Part shown: piece after piece, positions 1-12,031 of the stretch
Layout of the letters: the number at the start of each line of letters is the position of its first letter
Position numbering within the stretch: the stretch's first letter is position 1
Assembly: GCA_964187785.1 (NCBI GenBank)
Contig: OZ076413.1
Coordinates: 15,686,001 to 15,750,000 of the forward strand
DNA length: 64,000 nt
Reading direction: 5' to 3'
Source: Amphiscolops sp. MND2022
Taxonomy: Eukaryota
The notes under the pieces: generated by a model
What the model was told of the DNA's origin: nothing
The model's database searches: none
Seen by the model: the letters and a program-made list of their open reading frames with translations, nothing else
Translations under genes and position numbers: made by a program

Positions 1-231
1 CGAAACGAAAACAGAACTATTCAAAAAGAAATTAACTTGGCTCGGCTACTATATCAACCAAAATGGTGTTAAACCAATCAAGGACAAAACGGAAGCAATA
101 ACCAAACTAGAAGCCCCGAAAAACGTCAGAGAACTGAAGTCATTCCTGGGATCAATACAGCCCCTATCGAAGTTCATCAATAATCTATCGAAGAAAACCG
201 ATGAAATGAGGAAACTCTTGAGAAAGGACAC
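1..231 (+). pseudogene. Ty3/Gypsy pol, reverse transcriptase C-terminal part (interrupted by BEL insertion)
   Basis: Frame starting at nt 2 reads ETKTELFKKKLTWLGYYINQNGVKPIKDKTEAITKLEAPKNVRELKSFLGSIQ, typical of the Gypsy RT end. The frame continues at 5196 (KWEWTPE) once the insertion and one TSD copy are removed. Confidence 0.9.
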
Positions 232-776
232 TGTTTTGGGGGTAGCTCTCAAGCTAATACGGAGAAACTCAAAGATTGAGTTCAAACTAGATAGATTGAG
301 GGAAGTCCAAGATAGAGTTCAAGCTAAAGATTGAGGTCTTGTTCTCAAACAAGAAGACTAAAATTGATAACGTTTATTGACGATTCTTATCACGGTAACG
401 GTATGAATATAAATGAGTGAGTTTAGAGACAATAGTGGGGAACTGGTTGTTAGCAGGTTGTTAACCAGCAATATAGGCATTTAAAGCCAAAGGGGCAACA
501 AAAAGGTCTCAACTGGTTGTTTACATGTATGTAAAAACAACGTTTACAATAGTGAGCAATGGGTGGTAAATATTGTACACGAAATGAGCAATGTAATTGC
601 TGTCAAGCAAAGTGATTGATCAAAATTAAAGATGAAAGAATAAATAGACAAAGAAACTAAAAAGAGCACTGTCGCACATTCGAACTCGCGCAGACCGGTT
701 CGAAGGCAAAGACTGATCCACTGTGCTAAGTGGATTAATAATTACTGCGCGATCATTGTGATGTCATGCGCCAACA
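232..776 (-). repeat. 3' LTR of BEL/Pao element
   Basis: Matches 4646-5190 with about 11 substitutions counted by eye (~2%); TGTT...AACA termini. Confidence 0.95.
660..735 (-). promoter_or_regulatory. tRNA-like Pol III A/B-box module inside LTR (second copy ~5074-5149)
   Basis: Minus strand TAGCACAGTGG (A box), 31 nt, AGTTCGAAT (B box), followed by TTTTT. Confidence 0.6.
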
Positions 777-787
777 TCCCGCCGGCC
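777..787 (-). promoter_or_regulatory. Polypurine-tract position (GGCCGGCGGGA) abutting the 3' LTR
   Basis: G-rich tract directly upstream of the 3' LTR on the minus strand; not purely purine. Confidence 0.5.
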
Positions 788-924
788 ATTAAGTATCAGC
801 TTCATTGAGTATATGGTTAGCACTCGTGCTAATACAATTTGAGGGAATATGAATAGCTACCACTCGATAATGATACAAATATTAAATGTCATGAGTTTGA
901 GTTTAAGAAAGACAAAATAAATTT

Positions 925-995
925 TTGTGTTTCGTGGATTCGAACTCCAGACCTTTTGATGAGGGAATACTGAAATCACCACTGCACCATCATCG
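925..995 (-). promoter_or_regulatory. tRNA-like Pol III A/B-box module in BEL 3' UTR
   Basis: Minus strand TGGTGCAGTGG, 32 nt including CTCATCA, then AGTTCGAATCC. Confidence 0.6.
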
Positions 996-1244
996 TCCAT
1001 AAAGGGATTGGGTATACTTCGGATAATTGAGTAAAGGGATTGGGTATACTTCGGGTAATTGAGTTGGGTGTGTGCAGCTGCAGAAAAACTTAAAATATTG
1101 GCTGGCTTCTTTATTCTTCTCTTTACACACTAAAACTCCTCCCTCGCCCCCCCTTCATCCCCCCCTTGAGGAAGGAATCCAGATCTGAGCAAAGTTCCCT
1201 TAGGACATTGGGAACCTACTCACCAGAGGTTAGTAAGGAGTGTG

Positions 1245-1326
1245 GATGTGAGCTGGGCTCGAACCTTGGACCCTAAGGTTATCTAGAGGACTAACTAATG
1301 CATCGCCTGTTTGCCACTAAGCCACG
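1245..1326 (-). promoter_or_regulatory. tRNA-like Pol III A/B-box module in BEL 3' UTR
   Basis: Minus strand TGGCTTAGTGG, 48 nt, GGTTCGAGCCC. Confidence 0.55.
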
Positions 1327-1374
1327 ACACGCATTTTCGTTGTCAATCATGCTGCTACTCATTGTGTGCATTCA

Positions 1375-4300
1375 TCATTTGCAATGTGGGAGAGTTGATG
1401 GTTTGATCGGCGCCACCTTGCATTTGGAGGAGATGAGGGTTGAAGATCTAACGTCATCTTTGATTGACACCAGATAAACACAAGCACCGTAGGCTTTTTC
1501 GGAAGCATCACAGAAGACTTGCAAAGAGGCTTCATCGTACAAGTGGGTTGGTAGCACCTTCCTGGGTATCTTGAGTTGTGAGAGCGAGCCCATGCCATCT
1601 TTCAAGTTTGTGTATGCCCGTGACACATCATTTGGAACTGCATCGTTCCACTCGAGATCCAACTTCCAGCACGATTGAACGATGACCTTGGCTACTACTA
1701 GAACTGGGGCTATGAGGCCAATTGGATCAAAATGCTTTGAAACATCACTGAGTAAAGTTCGTTTGGTAATGATTGAAACATACTCACTACTACATGCGTA
1801 CACAAAGTGATCCTCTAGAGGGTGCCACGTCAGTCCAAGTGTTTTGATTTGATGGGTTTTGTCGTTGATTTCATAGGCCTTACCAGCTTCCTGAAGATTT
1901 TTCGGAAGACGAGTGACCAATTGGGGTTCATTGCTGCTCCACTTGCGTAGTGGGAGACAGTTCTTGTTGAGGGTTTCAGTCAGATCATCTTGAAGCACGC
2001 ATGCTTCCTCTAGTGTATCAGCACCACTAAGTAGATCATCAACCCAGAAATCATTGAAAATCACATTCACTGTTTTGGGGTTGGGTCCGTTTGTTTTACC
2101 ACTCTCTTGAAGTGCTCGGGTTGAATGGTAGGAGGAACTGGCAACACCGTACGTCACACGGGTCATGCGCAGTTCTCGGATTTCGTCCGTTAAGAAATCA
2201 CGCCACAGAATTCGGTGGAAGTCACGATCTGATTCGTCTAAGGCCACTTGTCGATACATCTTTGCCACATCTGCCGACAAGGCATATTGGTGTAGGCAAA
2301 AGCGAATGAGGATGTCGAACACATCGTCTTGTAAGCGAGGTCCAAGCAGTAAGCAATCGTTGAGAGAATAGCCATTTGGGGACTTGCTGCTAGCATCGAA
2401 CACGACACAAAGCTTTGTTGTTGTACTATCTTTGAACACACAGTGATGGGGTAAGTAGTAGCACAACCCTGAAGTCTGACGAGCTTCTTCCAAGTGACCC
2501 ATGTCAAGAAATTCCTTGATGAAGTCACGATACTGCTGCTTCACATCACCGTGATCCTTGAGCTTTCGTTCCAAAGCGAACAATCTCTGCTTGGCTGTTT
2601 GAAAGTTGTTCGAGGGACGTGCCTCAGACTTGAATGGAAGATGAACTGTGATGCGGCCGTCATCTGCCACATAGGTCGTCGTATCGTAATGTTCCGCACA
2701 TTGACGATTTTCTTTGGACATCGGCTTCACTCGAGGAATCTCTTCAACTTCCCAGAACCGAGCAAGATCCAGTTCCACTGCAACTTGGAATGATTGACAT
2801 TGGTGGGCACGCACTTGGGACAACACTCCAGTGACCACCCAGCCGAAGATAGACTTGCGATAGTGAAGCCCATGAGCCTTCCTCCTTTCGTCCAGAAAGA
2901 GATCCTCGTACACATCTGCGCCCAACAACAATTGAACGGGGCCAGGTTGATGGAAGTTTTCGTCAGCTAATGCTACACTTTTCATTGATTTCAATTGTTT
3001 CAAATTAATGAATTGAGAGGGTATATTACCTGCAACTGAGTTCAGCACTAGTGCTGTTACCGGCAATTTTTGAGGACCAATCACGAGATTGACTGACTCC
3101 TTTGCTGCTTGTTGCCGTCCACCAATCCCTGAGGATGGTCCACCAATCCCTGGCAATTTTTGAGGACCAATCACGAGATTGACTGACTCCTTTGCTGCTT
3201 GTTGCCGTCCACCAATCCCTGAGATCTTCACATCAACTGTTGAACGGGCGATGTTGAGTTTCGATGCTGCATCTGCTTTGATTAAGGATGTTTGAGAACC
3301 TGAGTCCAGCAAGGCTCGAAACATCATTGTCTTTCCCGCTGCATCATCAATGCCAACCATTGCTGTTGACAAAAGCACAGAAGGACCGCTGAATGTTGCA
3401 CCACTTGTCACACCACTTTGCTGCTCGACTGAACGATCGAAGTGTAGTGATGTATGATGTCTTCCGTTGCAAGTGCGGCAGTTGAACTTCGATGGACAAT
3501 CAGCCACGAAATGCCGTCCCAAACAGTTCATGCACAGTTTGAGCTTACTCACCACTGCCTTTCTCTCACGTGTGCCCAACTGCTTGTAGCGATCACACTG
3601 AGAAATTGAGTGAGACCCATTGCCTTCTTTCATCTGACAGCTTGTTGAGTGCTCAACAGTTGAAGAGTATGCTTCTTGAAGCACCTTCTTAGGCGTCGTC
3701 TTGGGGACAGAAGCCTCATGCTGGTCGCCGCTTGATTCCAATGCACGGCTTCGTCTATCCATGAATGTAGATAACTCCTTGAATGTTAACACATCTGTGC
3801 CAGGATGAGCCAATTCAAATTGCTTCCTCGACTCAGCATCAAGTTTCTCAAGCAGCCAGTACACAAGTATTGCATCCCATTGATCGACAGGAAGCCCTAC
3901 GGCTTCCAGTGCTTGCACATGTTCATTGGTCGACTCCAGTAACTTGCGCAGCTCGACACTTGACTCCTTCTTGATGGCTGGTAGGGCATGAATTGCCGCC
4001 AAGTGCGCCTTCACGATTGATCGCTTGTTGTTGTAGCGCTCCTCTAACTTACGCTTGGCGATGTCGTAGTTTGCATCAGTTTGACTATCTGGGCTGCATC
4101 AAACTTTAGAGACAACTTGAGGTAAGATAGCTTCTCAACGTTGGTCATGTCACGCTTGCTGTCAACCAGTGTTGTAAATTGGTCCCAGAAGGAGACCCAC
4201 TGCGTATACTCGCCGCTGAATGAAGGAAGAGTCAGCTTGGGAAGCTTCGTAGTCAGGCTACCACATGATGGTGCCGCTGCGGCGCTTGGGCTTGAAGGCT

Positions 4301-4631
4301 GCAACTCCTTGATCCTGGCCTGACACCACTTCACTGCCCTTTCTTCTGCCAGGAACACATCTGCAGCTTCATCCACATCAGCGTCTAGCTCATCGTCTTC
4401 TTCAATGAGTTGTTGAATCTGTGAATCCAACTCTGTCAGCATCTTTCGACGGTCGATCAGAAACTCCAATGTGGCTTGCACATCCTCGAGTGCTCCACCG
4501 GCTTGCCGGATTGCTGTAGCCCGTCTTGTGAGGACACCACGATGAGCCCCTCTTGATCGCTTCAATTGAGCCAACTTCTGCACACCACCAGAGCCGTCTG
4601 AACCTCCTGGAGCATCTGCTGTTGACATCAC
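1375..4631 (-). pseudogene. BEL/Pao gag-pol polyprotein (DUF1759-like gag, Zn knuckles, aspartic protease, RT, RNase H/peptidase A17 region), frameshifted near 4080 and truncated before integrase
   Basis: ORFs 4044-4631 and 1375-4014. Motifs: LPKLTLPSFSGEYTQWVSFWDQF, CMNCLGRHFVADC, ALLDSGSQ, YYLPHH...VVFDAS, WVDDLL, FCDASEKAYGAC, SKCKVAPIK, then stop. Confidence 0.9.
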
Positions 4632-4644
4632 GTCGAGGTCACCA
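4627..4644 (-). promoter_or_regulatory. Primer-binding site complementary to tRNA-Trp 3' end
   Basis: Minus strand TGGTGACCTCGACGTGAT, 1 nt from the LTR. The metazoan tRNA-Trp 3' end (ATCACGTCGGGGTCACCA) matches 17/18. Confidence 0.85.
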
Positions 4645-4645
4645 A

Positions 4646-5190
4646 TGTTTTGGGGGTAGCTCTCAAGCTAATACGGAGAAACTCAAAGATAGAGTTCAAA
4701 CTAGATAGATTGAGGGAAGTCAAAGATAGAGTTCAAGCTAAAGATTGAGGTCTTGTTCTCAAACAAGAAGACTAAAATTGATAACGTTCATTGACGATTC
4801 TTATCACGGTAACGGTATGAATATAAATGAGTGAGTTTAGAGACAATAGTGGGGAACTGGTTGTTAGCAGGTTGTTAACCAGCAATTTAGGCATTTAAAG
4901 CCAAAGGGGCAACAAAAAAGTCTCAACTGGTTGTTTTCATGTATGTAAAAACAACGTTTACAATAGTGAGCAATGGGTGGTAAATATTGTACACGAAATG
5001 AGCAATGTAATTGCTGTCAAGCAAAGTGATTGATCAAAATTAAAGGTGAAAAAATAAATAGACAAAGAAACTAAAAAGAGCACTGTCGCAGATTCGAACT
5101 CGCGCAGACCGGTTCGAAGGCAAAGACTGATCCACTGTGCTAAGTGTATTAATAACTACTGCGCGATCATTGTGATGTCATGCGCCAACA
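4646..5190 (-). repeat. 5' LTR of BEL/Pao element
   Basis: Direct repeat of 232-776; followed on the minus strand by the PBS and gag. Confidence 0.95.
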
Positions 5191-5195
5191 GACAC

Positions 5196-8100
5196 CAAAT
5201 GGGAATGGACACCCGAGATAGACGAAGACTTTGAAAAGCTGAAGAAAGAGATCATAGAAGCCCCATGCCTAGCGCACTTCGACCCACAGAAGGAAAACTA
5301 TATCACCACAGATGCGTGCAATACCGGACTAGGCGCAACACTATGGCAGAAAGAAGGTGCAACTTTTAGACCTGTAGCATTCGCAAGTAGATTTTTAACT
5401 GATTGTGAAAAGAAATATGCAATCAATGAATTAGAATTACTAGGGGCTCTGTGGGGTTTAGAATACTTCAGGTATTTTGTGTATGGAAAAAGAGTAAATT
5501 TGCTAACAGATCACCAGGCGTTACAACCGCTGTTGAAAAAGAACCGCGCCCATAAGCAATACAGCGCGCGATTAACGCGTTGGCCGGATAGATTGAGCCA
5601 TTTCGACGTCAATGTTCAATACACGGCCGGTAGAAACATTCCGTTGACGGACTATTTGAGCCGTCATCCGATCGTACCAACTGAAATCGCCGAACTAGAA
5701 AACAAAGCGGACGGATTAACCGAAGCGGAAGCCGAAGAAGAGTTCGTTTTTAATCAAATATACGGCTTACTAGAATTCAACCAAAAACGAGGCAGCATAA
5801 AACGATTCACCGAACGAAACGATACGACAGAAAAATTCAACCAATCACAAAGCGACTCTAACATACGCGAACGAAATCGAAAAACTCATCTGCTTAAAGC
5901 ATCACCGTTACTAAACAGCAGCATTCCAAACTCATTCAAAACTTTAGCGTCGTCAAACAATAAAATGGACAAAGTCAACGGAATCGATATGGATTTTATA
6001 TTCAAAACGAGAGGCCATTCACCGGAGACGAAGCGTCTATGGATCGAAAGAAACCATATCCTGAAACCGGACAAGACTCGAATTGTGAGGAAGGGCAAGG
6101 AAAGTGAGAGAATCCAAGAATACAGGCCCAATCAAGCAGGACGAAAACGAATAGCTGAATTAAACATTAAAAGTTACAAACGTTTTTTTCACTATTGTGA
6201 AACACTGAACACGACCCCTTTACAAGAATTCCAGCAGAACAACAACGAATCTTGGACAAACAATAATCAGTCCGATGGAGAAAGTCAGACGAGCCGGCAA
6301 AACAAGATAAATGCCCCACCAACGCATTGAGACGGTTCAAAAAACACGAAACGGTCAACCTCATTAGGCTGAAGCAGACGGCCAAACTAAACACGCTAGA
6401 ACCAGAACAGAATGAGAAGACAGAAATTAAAGAAAGCAGAAAATGACTTTGCATTGGACCTGCCCCTATTGGTGGACGAGACAGCACGCGACGTCAAAAT
6501 CTTGAACACAATTGCCGCAATCGAACAACAACAGCTGGAAAGCATCTTCTATCCCTACCGCCCCCACCGTCTACATCTGTCAACCAGATTCGATTTTATA
6601 ATGACAGAATAGTTATCCCGGAAAAGATGCAGTCGACCATCATTGCTATGCTGCACCACGGCCATGTCTCCAAAAATAAAATGGAACAACTCGCCGAAGC
6701 CTTCTGGTGGCCCGGCCTGAACCGAGACGTACACGAAAAAGCAGAGACATGCCCGAGTTGTAGAGCCGCAGGTAAGAACATCATTACACAAATTCCGTCG
6801 ACGGAGAAAAATAATTTAGAAATTTTAACCGAACCGAATCAGGAGATTCAATTGGATTTCGCCGGCCCAATAAAATCAAAATCACGCGGTGATGTTTACA
6901 TTTTAGTACGGGTAGACCGTTTTAGCAAGTGGCCCACCGCACAAGTATGTAAAAGTGAGGATACCCGGACCGTTTTAAAATTTTTAACCGAGTATTTCAC
7001 AAACAACGGGACACCACAGAGTATTAGAACTGATAACGGCAGCTGTTTCAAAAGCAGCGAATTCAAAAAATTCTGTACGGATGAAAACATAAAACGCATA
7101 AGATGCACTCCGAACCTACACACCGGTACCGGCCTAGTCGAGCGTATGATAAGGACAATTAAGTCATTAACTCGAGCAAACATGGCAGACGGATTAAAAT
7201 TCGAAGACAGCGTACAATTAGCCATCAAAACAATTAGACAGACTCCACACAGTAGATTAAATATGACGCCTTTTCAAATGCACTTAGGCAGAAAACCACG
7301 CACTGCACTTACTAACATAATCGGTTAATCTGAATGTCTACTATCCAATTGGAAGAAAACACTAACCAATTATATTTCAGCACAACCAACAGAGCTACAA
7401 GTAGTCACCATCAATGACGCTGAAGGAGAAATGGCCGACTACCTGGTGCTCAACGACACGCAAAAGAGAAACCGTTCGGTAAGCCGGGAATTCAAAAAAT
7501 ACCAATTCTTAGAAAAAAAGAATAAACCCAACTCAATGAATTGTGGTTTTAAAACAAATAAAATTCTAACAGCAATAAAAGAGACCGATCATACTGTCAC
7601 TACCTCTGATAGTAGGACAATACACAAAAAACTCGCTTCAAAACCTTCAAAATTTCAGACCCCAAGGAAACCAGACGAACCGAAGAAAGTCATCACCCGG
7701 TGCAAAAGGTGCGGAAAATTCAGCAGCGGCAAATTCTGTGAAACACACAGACACTTAGACAATAACAACAACGACGCCGAGGAAGGACCCAGCACCAGTC
7801 GCACTCTCCCGACAATGCCCACAAAGAAGAAATACAAGCGGATAATCACATACGACTCATCCAGCGAAGAACCTAACACCGCCGACCCCAGCTCGGGAGA
7901 AGACAATCCCGACTCTGACAAAGAAGAAGAAGAACCGGAAGAGACAGATCTTAGAGCCGAGATCGGACGAGAAATAGAAAGATTGCGGGAGCAGACACCG
8001 GCACCCACAGCACAGGTCGGATGTAGCACCGGACGGGCCAATAACCCACCGCAACCGGACGTTCAAGGTACACCGATACACCGTCAAACAACGCCCGATA

Positions 8101-8270
8101 CTGGAAAAGAAACCGCCGAACCAGGAGAAGGGACAACAGGTAAAATTAGGGCGGAACAAAATTCTTTCTTTGAAAAAAATCAAATAAAATCAGAATCTGA
8201 ACCGCGTAGATCCGAAAGGATAAAATCAGCACGAAGAGTAGTGAAATTAGGCGGAGTAGAATATTTTTAA
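5196..8270 (+). pseudogene. Ty3/Gypsy pol continued: RNase H, long linker, integrase (H2C2 + DDE) and acidic/low-complexity C-terminal tail; several stops/frameshifts
   Basis: TTDACNTGLGATLWQ...NELELLG...TDHQAL (RNase H); HHGHVSK...CPSC; LDFAGP, TDNGSCF, GLVERMIR (DDE). In-frame stop at 7326-7328; tail ORF 7431-8270. Confidence 0.9.
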
Positions 8271-8398
8271 ATCTTTTACGTTTAGGAGACGCCTACACTT
8301 TCACCACTCCAGCTCGATTCCCGTTCACCCCATTTCCACGAATCATGAAGGACAACCCACAACAATGGTTCCCTTAGGAGATCCTGGAAGAAGGGGAA

Positions 8399-8590
8399 TG
8401 TGGCATGAAATGGCACAATGAACAATCCAATTAAAGTGAACATTGAACTACCTGCCACTTTTATGATGTCATGCAACGTTAATGCGTAGATAAGTAACAC
8501 ACTGAAAATTAGATACGATACTGATCTGTTTTGATACTTACGCTCTAGCTTTTAAATTCACTGTATTTATCCCCCTGTTTCTCCACGTCA
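8399..8590 (+). repeat. Putative 3' LTR of the Gypsy element
   Basis: TG start immediately after the purine tract GGAAGAAGGGGAA; ends ...CCACGTCA. No second copy in the window to confirm it. Confidence 0.45.
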
Positions 8591-9099
8591 CTTCAGACAT
8601 AGCAATTTTCTTCGGTTTTGCCAAATTTTTTTCCCTGGCGGGTGGTCATTAGATTTTCCTAATCAAAAATTTTGGGAATGCTAAAACTGACAATACGTTA
8701 TGCATTCACGTAATGATAGATGATCGCAGTCAGTATCCAGTTTCTGGAAAGAACTGCAAAAAATCTAAACACGGCAACAGTGTTACAGTGAACCGTATTT
8801 CCTAATTTTTCAACCAAAAATCAGAAAATAATCGTGAATAAAATCAGCTTCCAACCGAAATGTTTTCATGAAGTTTCTGGTGCTAATATGTTTTCCCAAA
8901 ATTGTTTAACTCCCTTTCTGTACCTCAGCTTAATTATGTTGCGACCAGAACTTTCAGTATATTTTCGGCCCATATTCCATCTGCGGGGAAAAGTGAATCT
9001 CCCAGCCTCGTTTTTGACAAGTTCCACAATGAAACATAAGAAAACGTCAAAGCAGTTTGACAACTATTTCTATGAGACGCAGTGGCGTTGCGCTGTTAT

Positions 9100-9604
9100 T
9101 AGTCGGCGTTTTCGAAGAAAAAGCACGACTCTTACAGTGGCTAGTTTTGTTTTCGTCAGTTCAACGTGATCGGTCCACTTTTTTGTTCGTTTGTTCAACT
9201 TCTTGGCCGAGAGGTTAACCCGGATTTTCTGGGGTCTGAGAAGCAGGAGAGCGTGGGTTCGAGTCTCGCTCTTAAACCACAAATTTTTTATGCTTCCAAC
9301 AGTAGAAGGGAGACTAAAGGTCCCCCCTTTGCGGTTTTTTTGGCACTATGCGATGTTTTTCCGAATATTTTTGAATTCTATCAAAGGGTACCCCCTTGAA
9401 TTTTTTGTGAAGTTTTCGGTTTGTAAAAAAACGTTTAATAAGCCTAAAGGGTCTCTTTTTGGGTTTTTCGGCAATTTGCGACTTTTTTTTGACCAAATAC
9501 TTTTTTGAAAAAAAATGAATTTTTCCCAAGTTTTTCCAATTGTTGTTCCTTGAAGATTTTTGAGCCTTAGATATGAAGCCGACTTGGGCCGTTCCCGGCT
9601 TGTT
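9100..9604. mobile_element. Non-autonomous repeat, HINE/DINE-1 (Helentron-associated)-like architecture, containing a tRNA-like segment
   Basis: Shares both end motifs with 57675-58660: AGTCG..CGACT stem-loop and GCCGACTTGGGCCG.TCCCGGCTTGTT. Internal AAAGG(G)TCCCCC-type subrepeats. A/B boxes TGGCCGAGAGG and GGTTCGAGTCT at ~9205-9268. Confidence 0.55.
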
Positions 9605-12031
9605 TTGTATTTTGAGCGAAAGAGAAGAATCTTGATGAGAGAAACTGATGAAACTCTGTTGCAGTGACAATAGTCTCAAAAACAATGAAAACCGATAGCA
9701 ATGATAATAATTTACCCGTATTTCGATAATGAAGCAGGAAAATTCATTCATCATGTATTATCTAAGTACAGAAAAGACGTCCTCGAAAGGAAGCCTCGAA
9801 ACAAAAGTATATGACAAATGCGGAGTGCTTTACTTTTTAACCGACGCGAAGCGAAGCCTATTGCTTTTCGATTTTCAGAGGCAAATTTCGCTTCGTGACA
9901 CTAACTAGTATTTCAAATTTGAGCCTATAATTATCGTCTTCTATGACGGGTACGCGTTTTGGTTTTTCAAAACAAAATCGGCACGACTCCGGACTATCTT
10001 GCTGTAAAAAGATTTGTCGAAGGATGTTCCAACATAAACTTTTCCCGTTAGAAAACAGCAAAGGTCGAATCTAAACACCAGTTTCAAATCAGGTATAACT
10101 ACCATTTTTTCAGAACAATACAAGCTAATGTCTTGACGGGTTATACTTTTTAATGATCAATTCTCATTGCGTTCCCGCGGAACAACTTAACATACCACTA
10201 ACGTCGCTCCTCGGTGCTTTTCTGATGGAAAATTCTCTTTGACCAAAGGCGACATATTAGCCTATTAGGTTTTCTAAGGACTATATCCTCGAACCTATGT
10301 GTGATGCAGTGAAAATGGTTCTTCTGAAAAATGCCCGGGGCCATTATTCATGTTCTATTGCGCAAGTGTCCAAACAGAGCAGGCTCCATCATAGCCTTTA
10401 TTCCGTGAGAAAATTTGTTCGGTTGAGTTTGAAATTCCATTTACAGAATTTACAGCGTTCATGTCCTCTGTTCAGTTAATGTAATCGCGCACAGGCACAT
10501 TCGTTACCTTCCTATTCTTATCTTCTCAATAAATTTCTTGCTCGCCTCGTCAACGTTTAAGTTAGCTGCAACCGTTCAAGGTGACCTGTCACTTTTGACA
10601 TCTTGAGTGCTCACTTTCTTGCTTTCTAATCATGTTAGAAGACACAAAAAACGAACGCGAATGTCGCAAAAGTATTTTTGTCGTAGGGCTATTCAGGCGA
10701 GATGGCCGAAGTGCTGCGCCGTTGGAACAGTCAACCGCTCATCCATCTTGAAGTACCAAAAACCATAATACACAGTACATCCCCACAACGGATACCATAA
10801 ACATCCAAAGTTTAATTCCAACTTTAATTTCAACCTTCAATTTTCTAAATACTGAAAATATTGGATGTTATGTTTGTTATTGCGCACTGATGAATTGATG
10901 GATCTTTTCTGTTAATTCCCCCCCACAGTAAGCACGGAAATTTTAATTCCCCACCACTATCAGCGATTAGTTTCAGTTGACTTTTTATATATATATAAAA
11001 AATCAAAGACTGGCAGAACGAAACAACATAAAAATAACAATCAGGTTGAGAAAAAAGTGAATTGCAAATTTGAAGAGAAATTTAAAGAGATTAGAATCAA
11101 TAAAAACTGTAACTTGATATGTAGAGAAGAGGATGCAGAGAAAGTTAGACCTGGCCCTTTTAACTTTGAAAACAAACATCTCAGGAGAATGCACGTTTGA
11201 CATTCCCTTCTAATCCTCAGGAATGATCGAATCAAGACAACCGTCGACTCCTGTTTGGATTAGTGAATGAAATTATCAATGATATTTTCATAATTAAGGA
11301 GGATAAGCTGAATATCCGAAGTTTAGTTTCCTTTTCGTTTAAAGCCAAGCCATCAAGATAAAGAATCGTCGGCAAAGATCTCAAACTTCAAGATGCTATT
11401 TTAAAGGTATACACTCCTTCGGACCAATAGGCCAGTTTGGCCGGTCTGTTCGTGAGCTAGGACGTTTTGCCCGTTTCGCGGTCATTTTCTTACAAGCTTC
11501 CTTGTTTGCCAGTTCCGCTCTTAAATATTGCCACTTCCGCTTTAACCTCATTCGTTTAATGTCTCCCTTCATAACAGGAGTGTTAACATGACGTCAATTC
11601 ACCTCATCACGTGGCTGTTTTGTTGCTTCAAGTTACCTTGAAAAGTCATTTTTTAGGTTGATTCACGATCCGAAGTGCAAACAGTATCGAACTTGTTTTT
11701 CGTTCAATTTGATTTGATTTTAAAAAGTTTGTTCATAGTAATAAATCAACAGTATTACCGTTTTCTATCATATAACTTATATCCAGAGGGCTGATAAAGC
11801 TTTTAAAGCAATAACGCAAACGCAATTTAACACGCAACTTTTGATGATTTTAATTAATACGCAACTATTTAATCTTGACGCAATTTTGGGCAATTTATAA
11901 AGCAAGTAGTGGGTGATACAACAAAGGCGGTTAAAATGAGTTCGTTTTAGTTGACTAACACTTCAATTACACGTATAACATCCAACGAGCTATGATATCA
12001 ACCGTCGAAACAATATAAATAGATATTGCGT

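Larger units (their letters stand above)
232..5190 (-). mobile_element. BEL/Pao LTR retrotransposon, internally deleted (no integrase), nested in Gypsy pol
   Basis: Two 545-bp TG...CA direct repeats (232-776, 4646-5190) and 5-bp TSD GACAC (227-231, 5191-5195). PBS, PPT and a gag-PR-RT-RH frame of Pao type are present. Confidence 0.95.

Noticed and set aside
660-1326. Calling the A/B-box modules functional tRNA genes
   Set aside because: Acceptor and anticodon stems do not pair cleanly by eye; they are retained only as tRNA-like regulatory modules.
7655-8183. Minus-strand ORFs over the Gypsy tail
   Set aside because: Shadow frames of a low-complexity plus-strand ORF.
8600-11260. Short ORFs (60-146 aa) in AT-rich intervals, likewise many at 58.7-62.5 kb
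   Set aside because: Phe/Lys-rich translations of non-coding repeats with no motifs.
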